A DNA stretch of 64,000 nt from the NCBI GenBank assembly GCA_038087875.1, contig CM075977.1, forward strand, positions 97,960,001 through 98,024,000, in the 5' to 3' direction. Both the position numbers and the translations under genes were made by a program. Shown here piece by piece: positions 35,331 through 48,320 of this stretch; the stretch's first letter is position 1; every line of letters starts with the position of its first letter. Source of the DNA: Malacoraja senta (lineage: Eukaryota). Under the pieces are notes generated by a model. The model searched no databases, had not been told where the DNA came from, and saw only the letters and a list, made by a program, of their open reading frames with translations.

Positions 35331-36186
35331 AAATCGCAACAGATAGATAAATTTAGGGTACAATAAAATTGAAGATTAAATGATAATTTATATATATATA
35401 TATATTTGAGGGTTAGAGCAAACTAGTGTTAATTATTCATGGGATGAATATCATTGGACTCATTGGAGGAAATTAGTTAAACATTTTTTTAGGATAAACC
35501 ATACGTTTCTGTCGGCCGTAATATTCCAATCTGAATTTGCATTTCAAATCCAGCGTAAATATGAAGAGCATCTCATTTAAACTTTTTAACATGTATTTGC
35601 TTCTCCCTTGTCAGTGTGACACTGGTCCACAATAGAGTCTGTTTGTTCAGTTTTTATGTGTCAAAATCTGGTCTCACTAAGAAAAAGGAAAACATACAAA
35701 GTTTCACTGAAAATGGGCTTCTAAGCAGTCGCACCTCTGTGGCTAGGTTCGTGGTGAGATGATAAGGGCGGCAGTTGGGTTCCCACTTGACCCTAAGCAG
35801 TGTACCAGCTTGTACCAGCTGCAAATATACGTTTATCAAGATGCCTACTTGAATGATTTTTCATTCATCAAATCAGTGTGTCAATAGCCTAACACCATGG
35901 ATATCGGCTCCATCGACCCATCTTTTTTGTGGCAATAATTGGGAACATTCAACAGAACTAGCCGATAGGTTTGTAAGGACTATTCAATGACTTGGGGTGG
36001 GGTGGGGTGGGGAGAGCTGGGAATTATCATGATCAAGAAAGACGAGAGTTCGATTTAACTCTGTCACTGAATCAATACCATCGTAATATTCAGACTCAAG
36101 CTAAATCAGACAAAGAAAGGTCTTGCACAAAGTAACTAACAGAATTCAATTTATACTTAAAGAACAAGGTGCACTGTTAGCCATGC

Positions 36187-36725
36187 GTAGGAAGGAACTG
36201 CAAATGCTGGTTTACACCGAAGATAGACACAAAATGCTGGAGTAACTCAGCGGGACAGGCAGCATCTCTGGATAGGAATGGGTAATGTTTTGAGTTGAGA
36301 CCCTCGTCTGAAGCCATAATCAATGTTAACCATAATCCTTTAATAGCAAAGAACTTTGTGGTGCAGCAGGAGCAGGTTAGGAGAGGAGATTGGGCTTCTG
36401 AATGTTGCGTTGAAAGTCTATTCGCTCATATGGTTTGCAGAATGTCTCATCAATGACTTGGAGCTTGGCTTCTGGGTGGGTGCAAACGCAAGTGTCATTT
36501 ACATACTGCAGTTAGACCATTGAGATACAGATAACCTGGATTCTGGACCCTAGCAGTCCTTCTAGGTGAGACAGAGGTTCGCCTGCACCTCTAATGCCAT
36601 CCCTTGGTGCGCCAAGACCTACTGAATCTCTTGACTGGTAACCATTTTAACTTCTTCTCCCAATCCCATACTGACCCCCTCTGCCTAGGGCCTCCTCCAT
36701 TGCCAGAATGAGGCCATACACAAAC
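36187..36725. mobile_element. Penelope-derived fragments (36187-36312 terminal arm; 36565-36725 GIY-YIG remnant)
   Basis: The arm matches 6326-6450. 36565-36725 resembles 61048-61290. Confidence 0.6.
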
Positions 36726-37194
36726 CGCTCTGTGAGTTAGTAAAGCAGTTTCCTTTTACACTTATTCAGTCACTGACGTTTATCTTACTTGAGCAAGCGA
36801 AAGGAGAATGTAATGACGTAAAGATTATAAATTAAACCTCACTATTCAATTAGATTTCAATTTGCAGAATTGCCTACACTAGGCGTTTACTCAATGACTG
36901 GAATATCAGATAACAAGAGGCCTATTTATAATACCAACTGGAACTTGCTTCTGATCACTGACTTAGCATCTCACCATGACCGTACATGCCATGAATCAAT
37001 TTTCTGAAACACATTAAGAAGGGTAGTCAGGGTCTAGACAGAATAAAACTAAAATAAGCAAGGAACGTGTATGTAAAATGAGTGTTTAAATCCCTGCATT
37101 ACATGTAAAGTTAGATTGCTCATCTTAACATGAACTATTGCACAAACACTGAATCTCTCTGGGTACAACCATCAGCAAGGTTTATTGAAGATTA

Positions 37195-37850
37195 TAGATA
37201 CATAGATACATAGAAAATAGGTGCAGGAGTAGGCCATTCGGCCCTTCGAGCCTGCACCGCCATTCAATATGATCATGGCTGATCATCCAACTCAGTATCC
37301 CGTACCTGCCTTCTCTCCATACCCCCTGATCCCTTTAGCCACAAGGGCCACATCTAACTCCCTCTTAAATATAGCCAATGAACTGGCCTCAACTACCCTC
37401 TGTGGCAGAGAGTTCCAGAGATTCACCACTCTCTGTGTGAAAAAGTTTTTCCTCATCTCGGTCTTAAAGGTTTTCCCCCTTATCCTTAAGCTGTGACCCC
37501 TTGTCCTGGACTTCCCCAACATCGGGAACAATCTTCCTGCATCTAGCCTGTCCAACCCCATAAGAATTTTGTACGTTTCTATAAGATCCCCTCTCAATCT
37601 CCTAAATTCTAGCGAGTATAAGCCAAGTCTATCCAGTCTTTCTTCATATGAAAGTCCTGACATCCCAGGAATCAGTCTGGTGAACCTTCTCTGCACTCCC
37701 TCTATGGCTATAATGTCCTTCCTCAGATTTGGAGACCAAAACTGTACGCAATACTCCAGGTGTGGTCTCACCAAGACCCTGTACAACTGCAGTAGAACCT
37801 CCCTGCTCCTATACTCAAATCCTCTTGCTATGAAGGCCAACATACCATTT
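37195..37850 (-). mobile_element. Young 5'-truncated CR1
   Basis: Intact ORF nearly identical to 59766-61010, with an (ATAGATAC)n tail on the plus strand. Confidence 0.95.
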
Positions 37851-38469
37851 GCATACTTTACTTTATTGAGTATCCTATGCATGCATCAAAGTCTTGTAGT
37901 GCCTACTTATTTTCAAGATCAAGCTATCAGCCATTTTTCAAAGTGGCATTCCTGCCTCAAACTTAGAGGCATGGTTGTTTCAAGCCTCAGTTCAAGAACT
38001 TGATTGTATAAACTATACTGACACGAACAAAGCATTTAAAAAATAACAACTTCTGCTCTTTCACTGGATATGTGGAAAAGAACATAACAATTCTCTTTGA
38101 GTCCTGAGCCACATATTTTCATCAAACATACTAAAACGATTATCTAATCAATTACCTTGTAGTTGCTTTATTGAGTATCCTATGTACATAGTTGCTGCCA
38201 CACATTTTTTACATTACATTGGAGGCTACATTCACATTTAGTTCATTTTCCTTGCAATATATTAGAATGTCAAACTTCAAAAGATGGTAAATAAATGCTT
38301 ATTTGTCTCAGTACAGATTCGCTGCATTTGCACAAACATTTGTAAAAACTAAACAAACATAGAAAATTAAAGAAAAAGTAAATACTGTAATTTGACAAAA
38401 AAGTGTAGATGAAAGAAATATGAATTAAGAATCTGATGAATCAGGCACCTGATTAAATGAGTATTTCCA

Positions 38470-41400
38470 TTGGACAGTTATATCACTCTACATTCTCTTC
38501 TAAACCCAGAGGAACTGCAATTTTAATCCGTAAAGGTATTCCGTTTAAACATAAGTCCACAATAGTTGACAATGAGGGCAGGTATACTATAGTATCCGGA
38601 GAATTGTCGTTGGTGTTGGTGTTGGGGGGGGGGGGGGGGGTGATTTAAACTGTGTATTAGACCAATACCTGGATAGATCTTAATTTCAAAGAAAAACTAC
38701 ATCCAAGTCTAGTGACCTTTTAAACACTTATATAAACAATACAAATATAAAGGATGTATGGAGGATTGACAATCCTTCAGGAAGAGAATACTCCTTCTAC
38801 TCAGGTGTTCATAATGTATATACACAAATTGACTATTTCCTGGTTGACTCTAAACTTCTGCCCCATACCTACAATCCAAAAATCACAATATTATTATTTC
38901 GGATCATTGCCTTCTTACATTTTCTGTAAAATTGGAAGAAATGGCAAATAAACAGCCTTGCTGGAGATTTAACCCACAAATACCTATAGAGGCTAGTTGT
39001 TGTGACTATCTGAAGGTACAGACAAAAACTTTTTTTGAGATAAACGACACTCCTGGTATTTCTCCATCCTTGCTTTGGGAAACTTTTAAAGCCTATCTTA
39101 GAGGCTGCATCATTTCATACCAAGCCTTTCAAAATAAGAAAAATAGGGCAGAACAATTGGAATTAGAAAAACAAATAAAACAATTAGACTTAGAAAATGC
39201 GGCTGACCCATCCACAATAAAACACAATAAGATAGTTGCACTCAAATTCAAACTAAACCAGATACTTTTGGCAAGAATCAGCAGGGCTTTTCAATATATT
39301 AAACAAAAATACTTTGAATTCGGCGATAAACCACATAAACCTTTAGCGCGACAACACCGCAAATTACAGAATGACCGCACTATACATAAAATTAGATCAG
39401 AAAAAGGTGAATTGCTCTCACTGCCCAAAGATATTAATGAAAGATTTCTACAATTTTATCAAACTCTATACTCGTCACAAACAACAGCCGATTGAACGAA
39501 GATGAAGAGCTTTCTTGATAAGTGCAACCTCCCAGCCCTCAGTGAGATGGAATGGGAGGAACTAGGTGCAGAGATAACAATAAAGGACATTTCAGAGACC
39601 ATTAAATCACTGAAAAATGGAGAGAAAAAACCGGCCCCGACGGGCTCAATAACAAATTTTATAAAAAATTTAACTACATCATTTCCACATGCCTACGAAG
39701 CCTCTACACTCAAGCATTCAAGGAATAGACCCTACCACAGACTCTTGCAGAATCAATTATTACATTAATTCCTAAAAAAGATAAACATTTCAAAGAGCCG
39801 GGATCCTATAGAGTAATTGCCCTCTTAAATACTGACCAGAAGATTCTAGCCAAGACTTTGGCTCGTAGACTTAGCCTAATCATTGGCAAATTAGTACACC
39901 CAGACCAAACCGGGTTCATACCAAAACGACACTCATTTTATAATTTGAGATGTCTATTTAATATAATGTATTCTCAGAGAATACCAAACGAAGACCTAAC
40001 AATCATTTCACTGGACGCCGAAAAGGCTTTCGAGTGGAATGGTCTTTACAGTGTAGGAAAAATTCCAATTGGGAGAAAACTTCACTTCATGGGTGAAGCT
40101 TTTATATACTAATCCGACAGCCAGAATACTAACAAACGAAATGCTTTCACCTAAATTTCATTTATTCAGGGGCAATAGACAAGGATGCGCTTTCTCCCTG
40201 ATGCTATTTGCACTAGCCATAGAACCCTTGCCGAGAGTATCGGGTCCCATCCAGGCATACATGGATACAATACTAAACATACTTCTAATAAAAATTCCCT
40301 ATATGCAGATGACGTATTCCTATACATTACTAACCCCCAAATTAGTATTCCAAATTTATTAACTACTCTAGAACAATTCGGGTCCTTTTCCGGCTATAGA
40401 ATCAATTGGAACAAAAGTGAAATTATGCCAATAAAAGAACAAGATGTCACCCAGCTCCAACAGTTTCCCTTAAGAATCGTTACTGAAAAATTCAGATACC
40501 TCGGAGTTTACATTACCAGAAAATATTCCCTTTTGTTTTAAACAAATTTCCCACCATTAATTACTAAACTCCATACGTATATTCAATTTTGGAAAACACT
40601 GCCTATTTCTCTTCTCGGTAGATTAAATGCCGTAAAGATGATATTTTTCCCGCAACTTCTATACCTATTCCAGTCAATATATCTTCCCAAAAGTTTTAAA
40701 TAAAAAATTGATTCCATTGTCACAAATTTCATCTAGGACTATAAAAGCCATCGAATACACAAAAGACATTTGTGCAAATCCAAAGAGAATGGAGGACTAA
40801 CCCTACCTAATTTCCTTTTTTACTATTGGGCAACCAATATTAAAACTATAATTTTCAGGCTGGGTGATTCATACCAACAGGCAAACTGGCTACAACTGGA
40901 AAGGGAAGATTGCTTGCCATTCTGTATAGGCTCGATTGTCCTGTCTCCAGTATCTCTGAATAAGTTAACATATGAGCATAACCCGATAATACATAGTGCT
41001 ATCCACATCTGGAAACAGTTGAAACTTAGTCTCAAACTGAGAAACATGTCTCTCCTTCTTCCCATTGCAAATAATCCCTCTTTTAAACCTTCTACCCTGG
41101 ATGCGGTCTTTGTTCAATGGAAGAATCAGGGAGACCTTTATCAGAAGGGGACCCTTTCCTCCTTTCAAGAATTGCAGGAGAAATACATGTTGAACACCAA
41201 TAACTTTTTCAAATACCTATAAGTTAGAGATTATGTGAGAACATATATACAAGACTGCTCCTCTGTAGCTCCAGACAAACTCTATGAATGTTTGAATAAA
41301 CATGCAGATAGAGAGAAGTTGATATCGCACATTTACAATGCCCTCCAAAATATCAATACTCCATCATCTGAGATCTATAGGCGTTCATGGGAGGATGAGA

Positions 41401-42190
41401 TGGGTCAACACATTTCCAAGGATATATGGGACGAAAGCCAACAACACATACATCATTGCTCTTTAAATGCCAGACACTGCTTGATACAGTTTAAAGTACT
41501 GCACAGGCTATATTACTCAAAGACCAAATTGAGCAAGATTTTCCCCAGTGTTTCCCCCCTTTGTGACAAATGTCATTCTCAAGAAGCCACCTTAACCCAT
41601 ACTTTTGTACTATGTACAAAAATAGAAAATTTTTGGACGGAAGTCTTTCATGTTACCTCTAAAACATTGAAAATTCCACTAGAACCAGACCCAAAACTGA
41701 TAATACTGGGAATATCAGGCATGTGTCAAACTAACAGTATTTCAAAGACGCTTTCTTGATTACGGTCTAATATCAGCAAAAAAACATACTTAAATTTTGG
41801 AAAAAGACAACAGTCCCCTCATTGAAGATGTGGATTACAGAGATGACAGAGGCACTACATCTAGAAAAAAATAGGTTTGTCTTGACTGACAAACCAGATC
41901 AAATATTAAAAATATGGTCTCCTTTTATTGAATTTCTTGAACAATACAATGGTTGAACACAAACTCAAAACTGATTGTAAGGCTGGGTGAGCGGGCGCAT
42001 GGGTGGGTCGACGGATATATCTCCTTTTCTTTTTCTTTCTTTTCATCTTTCTCTCTCCTCACTTTTTTCTTATTTCAATTTAATATTCTGTTTGTAAAAT
42101 GTTAAAAATGAAGCTGTGCTAGAGTTGTAGAACTGTTGTCATTCTTTTTTTGTACAATTGCTTCATATAAAATAACAATAAAATTAAAAA
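38470..42190 (+). mobile_element. L1-clade LINE, 5'-truncated ORF2 (APE endonuclease, RT, Cys-rich C-terminus), many frameshifts
   Basis: RGTAILI..DNEGRY, GGDLN, WRFN, HPDQTGF, SLDAEKAF, RQGC, LYADD, YLG and CDKC..H...C motifs. AATAAA plus A-rich end. Flanked by a 40-bp direct repeat. Confidence 0.93.
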
Positions 42191-42286
42191 AATCTGATGA
42201 GTCAGGCACCTGGTTTAATGAGTATTTCCAACAGTATTCTGTCTCCATTAATAATAGGATAAATTTGCAGGATTGGCAGCTCATTT

Positions 42287-42638
42287 GGGCTCAGATGGCG
42301 CAATGGGCTAAGTGTTCGGCTGGCAACCGGAAGGTAGCCGATTCGAATCCCGCTTGGAGTGCATACTGTCGTTGTGTCCTTGGGCAAGACACTTCACCCA
42401 CCTTTGCCTGTGTGTGAATGTGTGTGAATGTGTGTGAGTGATTGGCGGTGGTCGGAGGGGCCGTAGGCGCAGATTAGCAGCCACGCTTCCATCAGTCTGC
42501 CCCAGGGCAGCTGTGGCTACAGAAGTAGCTCACCACCACCGAGTGTGACTGAGGAGTGAATGAATAATGTGATGTAAAGCGCCTTGAGTAGTAGAAAGGC
42601 GCTATATAAATCCCATCCATTATTATTATTATTATTAT
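42287..42638 (+). mobile_element. tRNA-derived CORE-SINE with L2-type tail (resembles teleost AFC-like SINEs)
   Basis: A/B boxes (TGGCGCAATGG; GATTCGAATCC), CORE-like GTGTCCTTGGGCAAGACACTTCACC, L2-like tail TGTAAAGCGCCTTGAG..AAAGGCGCTATATAAAT and (TTA)n end. Confidence 0.8.
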
Positions 42639-42894
42639 TCTACATCAGGTTCGGTTGTCAGTTTAATATGCTTCATCTTGTTTACAGCAGGAAGAATGTC
42701 TGCTCTTACTCCAGTGCAGAGGCAAATATATTTGAGTCCAACTTCATGCCCATGATGAGTTTGGCTGATTTGTGAAACGGGTGTGAATCCGTGGAGAACC
42801 TTTGTTTGTAATGACCCTAATCTCAAAAAATAAAATCCTCTAAATGCAGGAAATAAAGTAGGCAAGCCAGGGAAAATTCCTTACAAATCCTCTT

Positions 42895-44335
42895 GAGTGT
42901 CAAGAGTGTTTAATTGTCATATATACCAAAAACAGAACAATGAAATTCTATTTATTTTCTTCTATTTATTTTCCTGTTCCTTTTTCCCCCAGAGATGCCG
43001 CCTGACCCACTGAGTTACTCCAGCTTTCTGTGTCTATCTTCGGCTTAAACCAGCATCTGCAGTTCCTTCCTACACCATTACTGCAGTAGCAAACTAGCCT
43101 TGTAAACACAGTACTGACAGATAACACAATAACAAAAGAAAGGTCAATAAACTTTAAAAAACCCCACTATTAATGCAAAACAAAAATCTAAAGTATTTAG
43201 TGCTATGAACACAGTTCGTAGTTCATAGTTTCGTTGGTGTTTGGGTGTTTGTAATGTTCAAGAGCCTGCTGGTTGTTGGGAAGAAGCTGTCCCTGAAACC
43301 GAACGTCACAGTTTTCAGACCCTTCCCACTGGCAGGAGTGAAAAGTGAGTGTTGCCAGGGTGGTGTGAGTCCTTGATAATGCTATCTGTGTTTTTGAGGC
43401 AGTGCCTCCTATAGATGGTGAGGAGGTCAGTACCCATGATGGTCCAAAGCTCTTTGTGATCTCCTTCGTTCCTGGGCGTTCGAGTTGCCGAACCAGGCTG
43501 GGATGCAACCAGTCAATATACTCTCTGCCATACATCTGGAAAAGTTCAAGAGAGTATTCATCATCATACCAAATCTCCTCAATCTTCTAAGAAAGTAGAG
43601 GCATTGAGGGGTTTTCTTAATGATTGCATCAATGTGCTGGACCCAAGACAGATCTTCAGAAATATCCATGATGTTGTTGACTCTTTCCAGCACCGACCCG
43701 TCGATGAAGACTGGTTTGTGGATCCTTGGCCTTACTCTTCTGAAGTCAACAATCAGCTCCTTGGTCTTACTGACATTGAGAGCAAGGTTGTTGTTCTGGA
43801 ACCATTCAATCAGACGATTGATCTCCCTCCTCTACTGATCATTACCCATAGTTTGTCCAACAACGGTGGTGTCGTCAGCGAATTTCAAGATTGGAGTTGG
43901 AACTGTGCCCGGCTACACACTCATAGGTATAGAGTGAGTTGAGCAGGGGACTGAGCACAGAGCCTTAAGGTGCCCCTGTGCTGATGGTTATCAAGGAGGA
44001 AGTATTGTTGCCAATTCATACCAATAATGATCTGTTGAAAAAGAAAGTCGAGGATCCAGTCGCAAAGGGATGTGCAGAGACCCAGGTTACTGAGCTTGGT
44101 AACAAATGTGGAGGAAGGGGATGATGGTGTTGAATGACGACCTGTAGTCGGTGAACAACAGCCTGACGTACGCATTCTTATTGTCCAGCTGATCTAGTGT
44201 GAGTGGACAGCCAGCGAGACCACAACCCCCATTGATCTATTGAGGCGGTAGACAAATTGTAATGGGTCCAGGTTGTTGCTAAGGTCCTTGCTAAGGTAGG
44301 AGTTGTTATGTAGCATTAGCAGCTTCTTCTCCAAG
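42895..44335 (-). mobile_element. Rex1/Babar-type LINE fragment with a Penelope-derived insert (about 42985-43075)
   Basis: ORFs 43427-43693 (LYFLRRLRRFG..ESILTGCIPAWFGN) and 43921-44175 (LCDWILDFL). Confidence 0.85.
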
Positions 44336-44374
44336 TACCAATTTTCATACACAAGTATCTATGGAAACGGCTAA

Positions 44375-44850
44375 AGGGCCTGTCCCACTTGGCCGACATT
44401 TGCGCGACCTACAAAAATGTGGTCGTCGCGTTGTGACGCACGGGTAGCGTGTGGGTAGCGCGGGACGGGTGCATGGAGAGGCATGGAGGAGTGTGGAGTT
44501 GCGCATGGTATCGTGCGGCACTCCAGAATTTTGTGCTGCACGAAATCCTCGCGCGCCACCTGCGTGACGTATCGCGTACGCATGCTGACGCATTGGGTAC
44601 ACACGCGGACGCATTGGCGTCGCACGCTGGTGTCCCGACGTCTCACATGTATCGCGTGGTGATGCATGGTTACGTCACCGCATGTGACCATGCGTCACCG
44701 CGCGCCGCAGGGTACTCTAATGACGTCACGCGCACCAGACGGCATGATGACGCATGATTTGCGCGCGACGTCGCGTGTAACGATGTGTCGACCTATTTTA
44801 CATATGACGCGTGAATGAGACGCAAATGATGGCCAATTGGGACAGGCCCT
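44375..44850. mobile_element. PIF/Harbinger-type MITE, CpG-rich
   Basis: TAA|AGGGCCTGTCCCACTTGGCC..CATTTGCG ... CGCAAATGATGGCCAATTGGGACAGGCCCT|TAA. Confidence 0.87.
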
Positions 44851-46799
44851 TAACATATCAAACCCCATTAAGATCATAAGCCATAATTAGAGAACTACAG
44901 GCAAATTAGGAAGTGTCATTTCAAGAATTTGACCAGACAATCACTCATAAATCACTTTGTAATGGTTGGAGGAAGATTGAGCAGTGTTATTAGCAGGGGA
45001 TTACCTTCACCCCAGTAAATGGGGCGTTAGTTTAGCATTGCATTGAAAGATTGTTATTGAAAAGATTGTCACGAATTGTCATTCCTGTAACAGATTACAT
45101 TTTGTCAGCATATATTCCATACTTTCAGACTAGGAGCGGGATTTGAAACGAGAGCTCTTCAATTTAAAATTTGAAACTAGAGCTCTTAAACTTGAAATTT
45201 AAAACTTGAGATTTCATGATGATATCCCACACTTTTTTTACTATGAATATCTGGGTATACAAAGAATTGAGACCAGTGTTAAATATTCTTCGAGGCAGAT
45301 TTGTGAAAGCAATAATGTAATAGGGACCGAACAGACTCATCGACAATATGCTATGAAAAGCCAACTGTTAGGAGAACCGAATGATTAATAAAGGTGATTT
45401 TATGCAGTCACAATGATTAGATGGAACTTTTATCTTTGGCAGGCATGTAATATGAGCAACAGAGAATGCATTGCCTCTTGTACATTCTGCTGAATATTCC
45501 TTCTATTGACTTCATTGGAAAGGAAATTTTGAAGGCTACAGTATGTAACAGGTGGCCACTTATTTTCATTTTCCTTACATCTCTGCCAAAGCTGAAACAC
45601 AAAGTTTGTTATCTTTGTGAAATGTACATTTTTCAAGTGTTAAAATCTGCTGGATCAATGCAATGACCCTGTGTAAAGCACTAATGTTGTGATGGAACCA
45701 GGGCTCATTTGTAACTAAACTGGAAAAATGAAGACATCTTCAGAAGAAACTAATTCTAAGGTCTCATGACTATAATAATTTCATATTTCCGTCAACTTGT
45801 CCATTTTCATATCTTGCTAAAATTTGATTTTTATAATGTTTCCTATGTTCTAAATCTATGGCATTAATAATATTAAATGTGGAGTATTTGTTGAAGAACA
45901 TAATAAATATTAGTTCTTTGCAAATTAATACATTTAAACACTTCTACAGAGCAAAGTTAGGCATGAGTGACATCAACACTGGTTAGAATTAAAACATATG
46001 TGACTCACTGGGTGTTTTTTTTCCTTTATTAAAGACACTAATTTGAAGTACAATGAAACTGAGAATAATTTTCACAAGGTGAAATATTAAATTTACATAT
46101 TATGTCTCACATTAAATATTCCCTTTCATACGCAGATCAGAGAAATAATTGGCTGAGTCCCACCTCCCAAAATATGATGCATTGGGGTTGGGTTCACAAG
46201 ATTTAGATCACAGTGTACCATGTTTTATTCTGAGGCCATTCCGCCTATTGAATCTATGGTGGCCCTCAAAGCAATCACATCAATCCCCTTCCCCCAAATA
46301 TTTGTCTGTAGCCTATCCCCTCTCACATGTCCATTTACACCCTCCTAATTCTGGAACCTTCCACTTCTACTCAAGCAATTTATGGTAGACAATTAACATG
46401 TCAACGTGCATAAATTTGGATGTGGAAGGAAACTAGCGCATACATCGTCACACACAGTCACAGATACAACCAGTCAGGATCATATTGGCTCACTGGAGCA
46501 ACACTACCTGATGTGCCACTGTAGAACTCATTAATTTAATCAGCTTTGAACTTGCCTCTTCTGGTTTTAATGGAGGTAGAACTTGCAAGAAATTAGTTTA
46601 TCATTGAAGTGTGAACATACCTGCCTTTTTTAAAAAACATTCTATTTTTAATAACACTTTTTTTAGACAAAAATATTATATGACTTCAAAAAATATTCAA
46701 TTGTACCATCAAGAAATGGCTTTATTTTCATTTGCTGCAACAAGCATATCATGACATCCACTTACAATATTTACAGTATACCAAGATGTCAATAATGTA

Positions 46800-47230
46800 G
46801 ACACAAGGGACTGCAGATGGTGGTTTACAGGTGAGCATTCAGGAAGCCACAGGCAAACTGGAGGAATAGCACCTCAAACTCCATTTGTACTGCTCAGAAA
46901 CCAACAAAAGAACATTGAATTCTCCAATCTTAGGCATCTAACCAACAAACGACCACCCACCCCCCCCCTCTTTGCTGCACCCCACCTTAATGCGCACCCA
47001 TTTCTCCCACAATCCCATCCCCCTCCCCTCCATTCCACATATCCCTTCCTCTGGTTTTACATTTCACACCACAATTCTGCTTATCTCATAGCTTTTTGTC
47101 TTTATGCATTGGCTTGGCGTATGTGTAAATTGTCCCTAGTGTGTGTAGGATAGTGTTAGTGTGCGGGGATTGCTTGTCGGTGCGGATTCAGTGGGCCAAA
47201 GGGCCTGTTTCTGCGGTATATCTCTAAAAC
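46800..47230 (+). mobile_element. Penelope remnant (46800-47100) followed by a V-SINE 3' half (47110-47230)
   Basis: KLEE.HL / NIEFSN-like remnant, then the SINE tail GGGCCAAAGGGCCTGTTTC..TCTCTAAA. Confidence 0.6.
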
Positions 47231-47774
47231 CTATCCACAACCTGAGTCCATCCGCCTTACCTGTCAAGCCTCCAGCGTTGAAATAAATTCAATTTAAGCC
47301 AACCATCTCTGCTCACTCCCTGCTGTGTTCTTGGCTATCCTGTCAATTGAACTTGCTGTCATTACCTTCCAGCTTCCCACCTGCCTCCTTACTGCATTGG
47401 ATCCTTCCTCCCCAGCCAATCTAGTGTAATCCTTCTTGAGTAGCACTACCACATTTGCCCACCAGGATATTGGGCCGCATCCAGTTCAGGTGCAACCTGT
47501 CTTTCTCATACAAGTCAACTCTGCTAGTCACTCTAGATACGGAGTGGTCCAAAAATCGGAATCACTGTCATCTACACCAATTCCTCAGCTACTCGTAATT
47601 GGGCAAAGGTTACTCAGAACTTATCAGCCCATCTTCTTCAGATTGTGTTGCCTGCATGTACATACTGTTTCATTATCCGTACAAGGCTACTCTTACCAGA
47701 AGCATTAAATTATAAGTTTCTCTCTAACACCATGGCCAGATAGAAAATGTCTGTTACCTCCATCATGTCGTGAC

Positions 47775-48320
47775 CATAAGATCATCAGTGATAGGAGCAG
47801 AATTAGGCCATTCGGCCCATCAAGTCTACTCCACCATTTAATTATGGCTGATCTATCTCTCCCCTTCCTAACCCCATTCTCCTGCCTACTCCCCATAACC
47901 TCTGACACCCGTACTAATCAAGAATCTATCTATCTGGGCCTTAAAAATATCCATTGACTTGGTCTCCACAGCCTTCTGCGGCCAAGAATTCCACAGATTC
48001 AGCACGCTCTCACTAAATAAATTTCTCCTCATCTCCTTCCTAAAAGAACGTCCTTTAATTCTGAGGCTATGATCTCTAGTCCTAGACTCTCCCACTAGTG
48101 GAAATATCCTCTCCACATCCACTCTATCCAAACCTTTCACTATTCTGTACGTTTCAATGAGGTCCCCCCTCATTCTGCTAAACTCCAGCGAGTACAGGCT
48201 CAGTGCCGTCAAACGCACATCATATGTTAACCCACTCATTCCTGGGATCATTCTTGTAAGCCTCGTCTGGACCCTCTCCAGAGCCAGCACATCCTTCCTC
48301 AGATATGGTGCCCAAAATTG
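47775..48320 (-). mobile_element. 5'-truncated CR1 (different subfamily)
   Basis: ORF 47886-48407 from QFWAPYLRKD to GVRGYGE. Confidence 0.92.

Noticed and set aside
38433-38439. CTGATGA (hammerhead core or snoRNA box-like) here and at 42194
   Set aside because: No following stem II plus GAAA. The duplication is explained by the L1 TSD.
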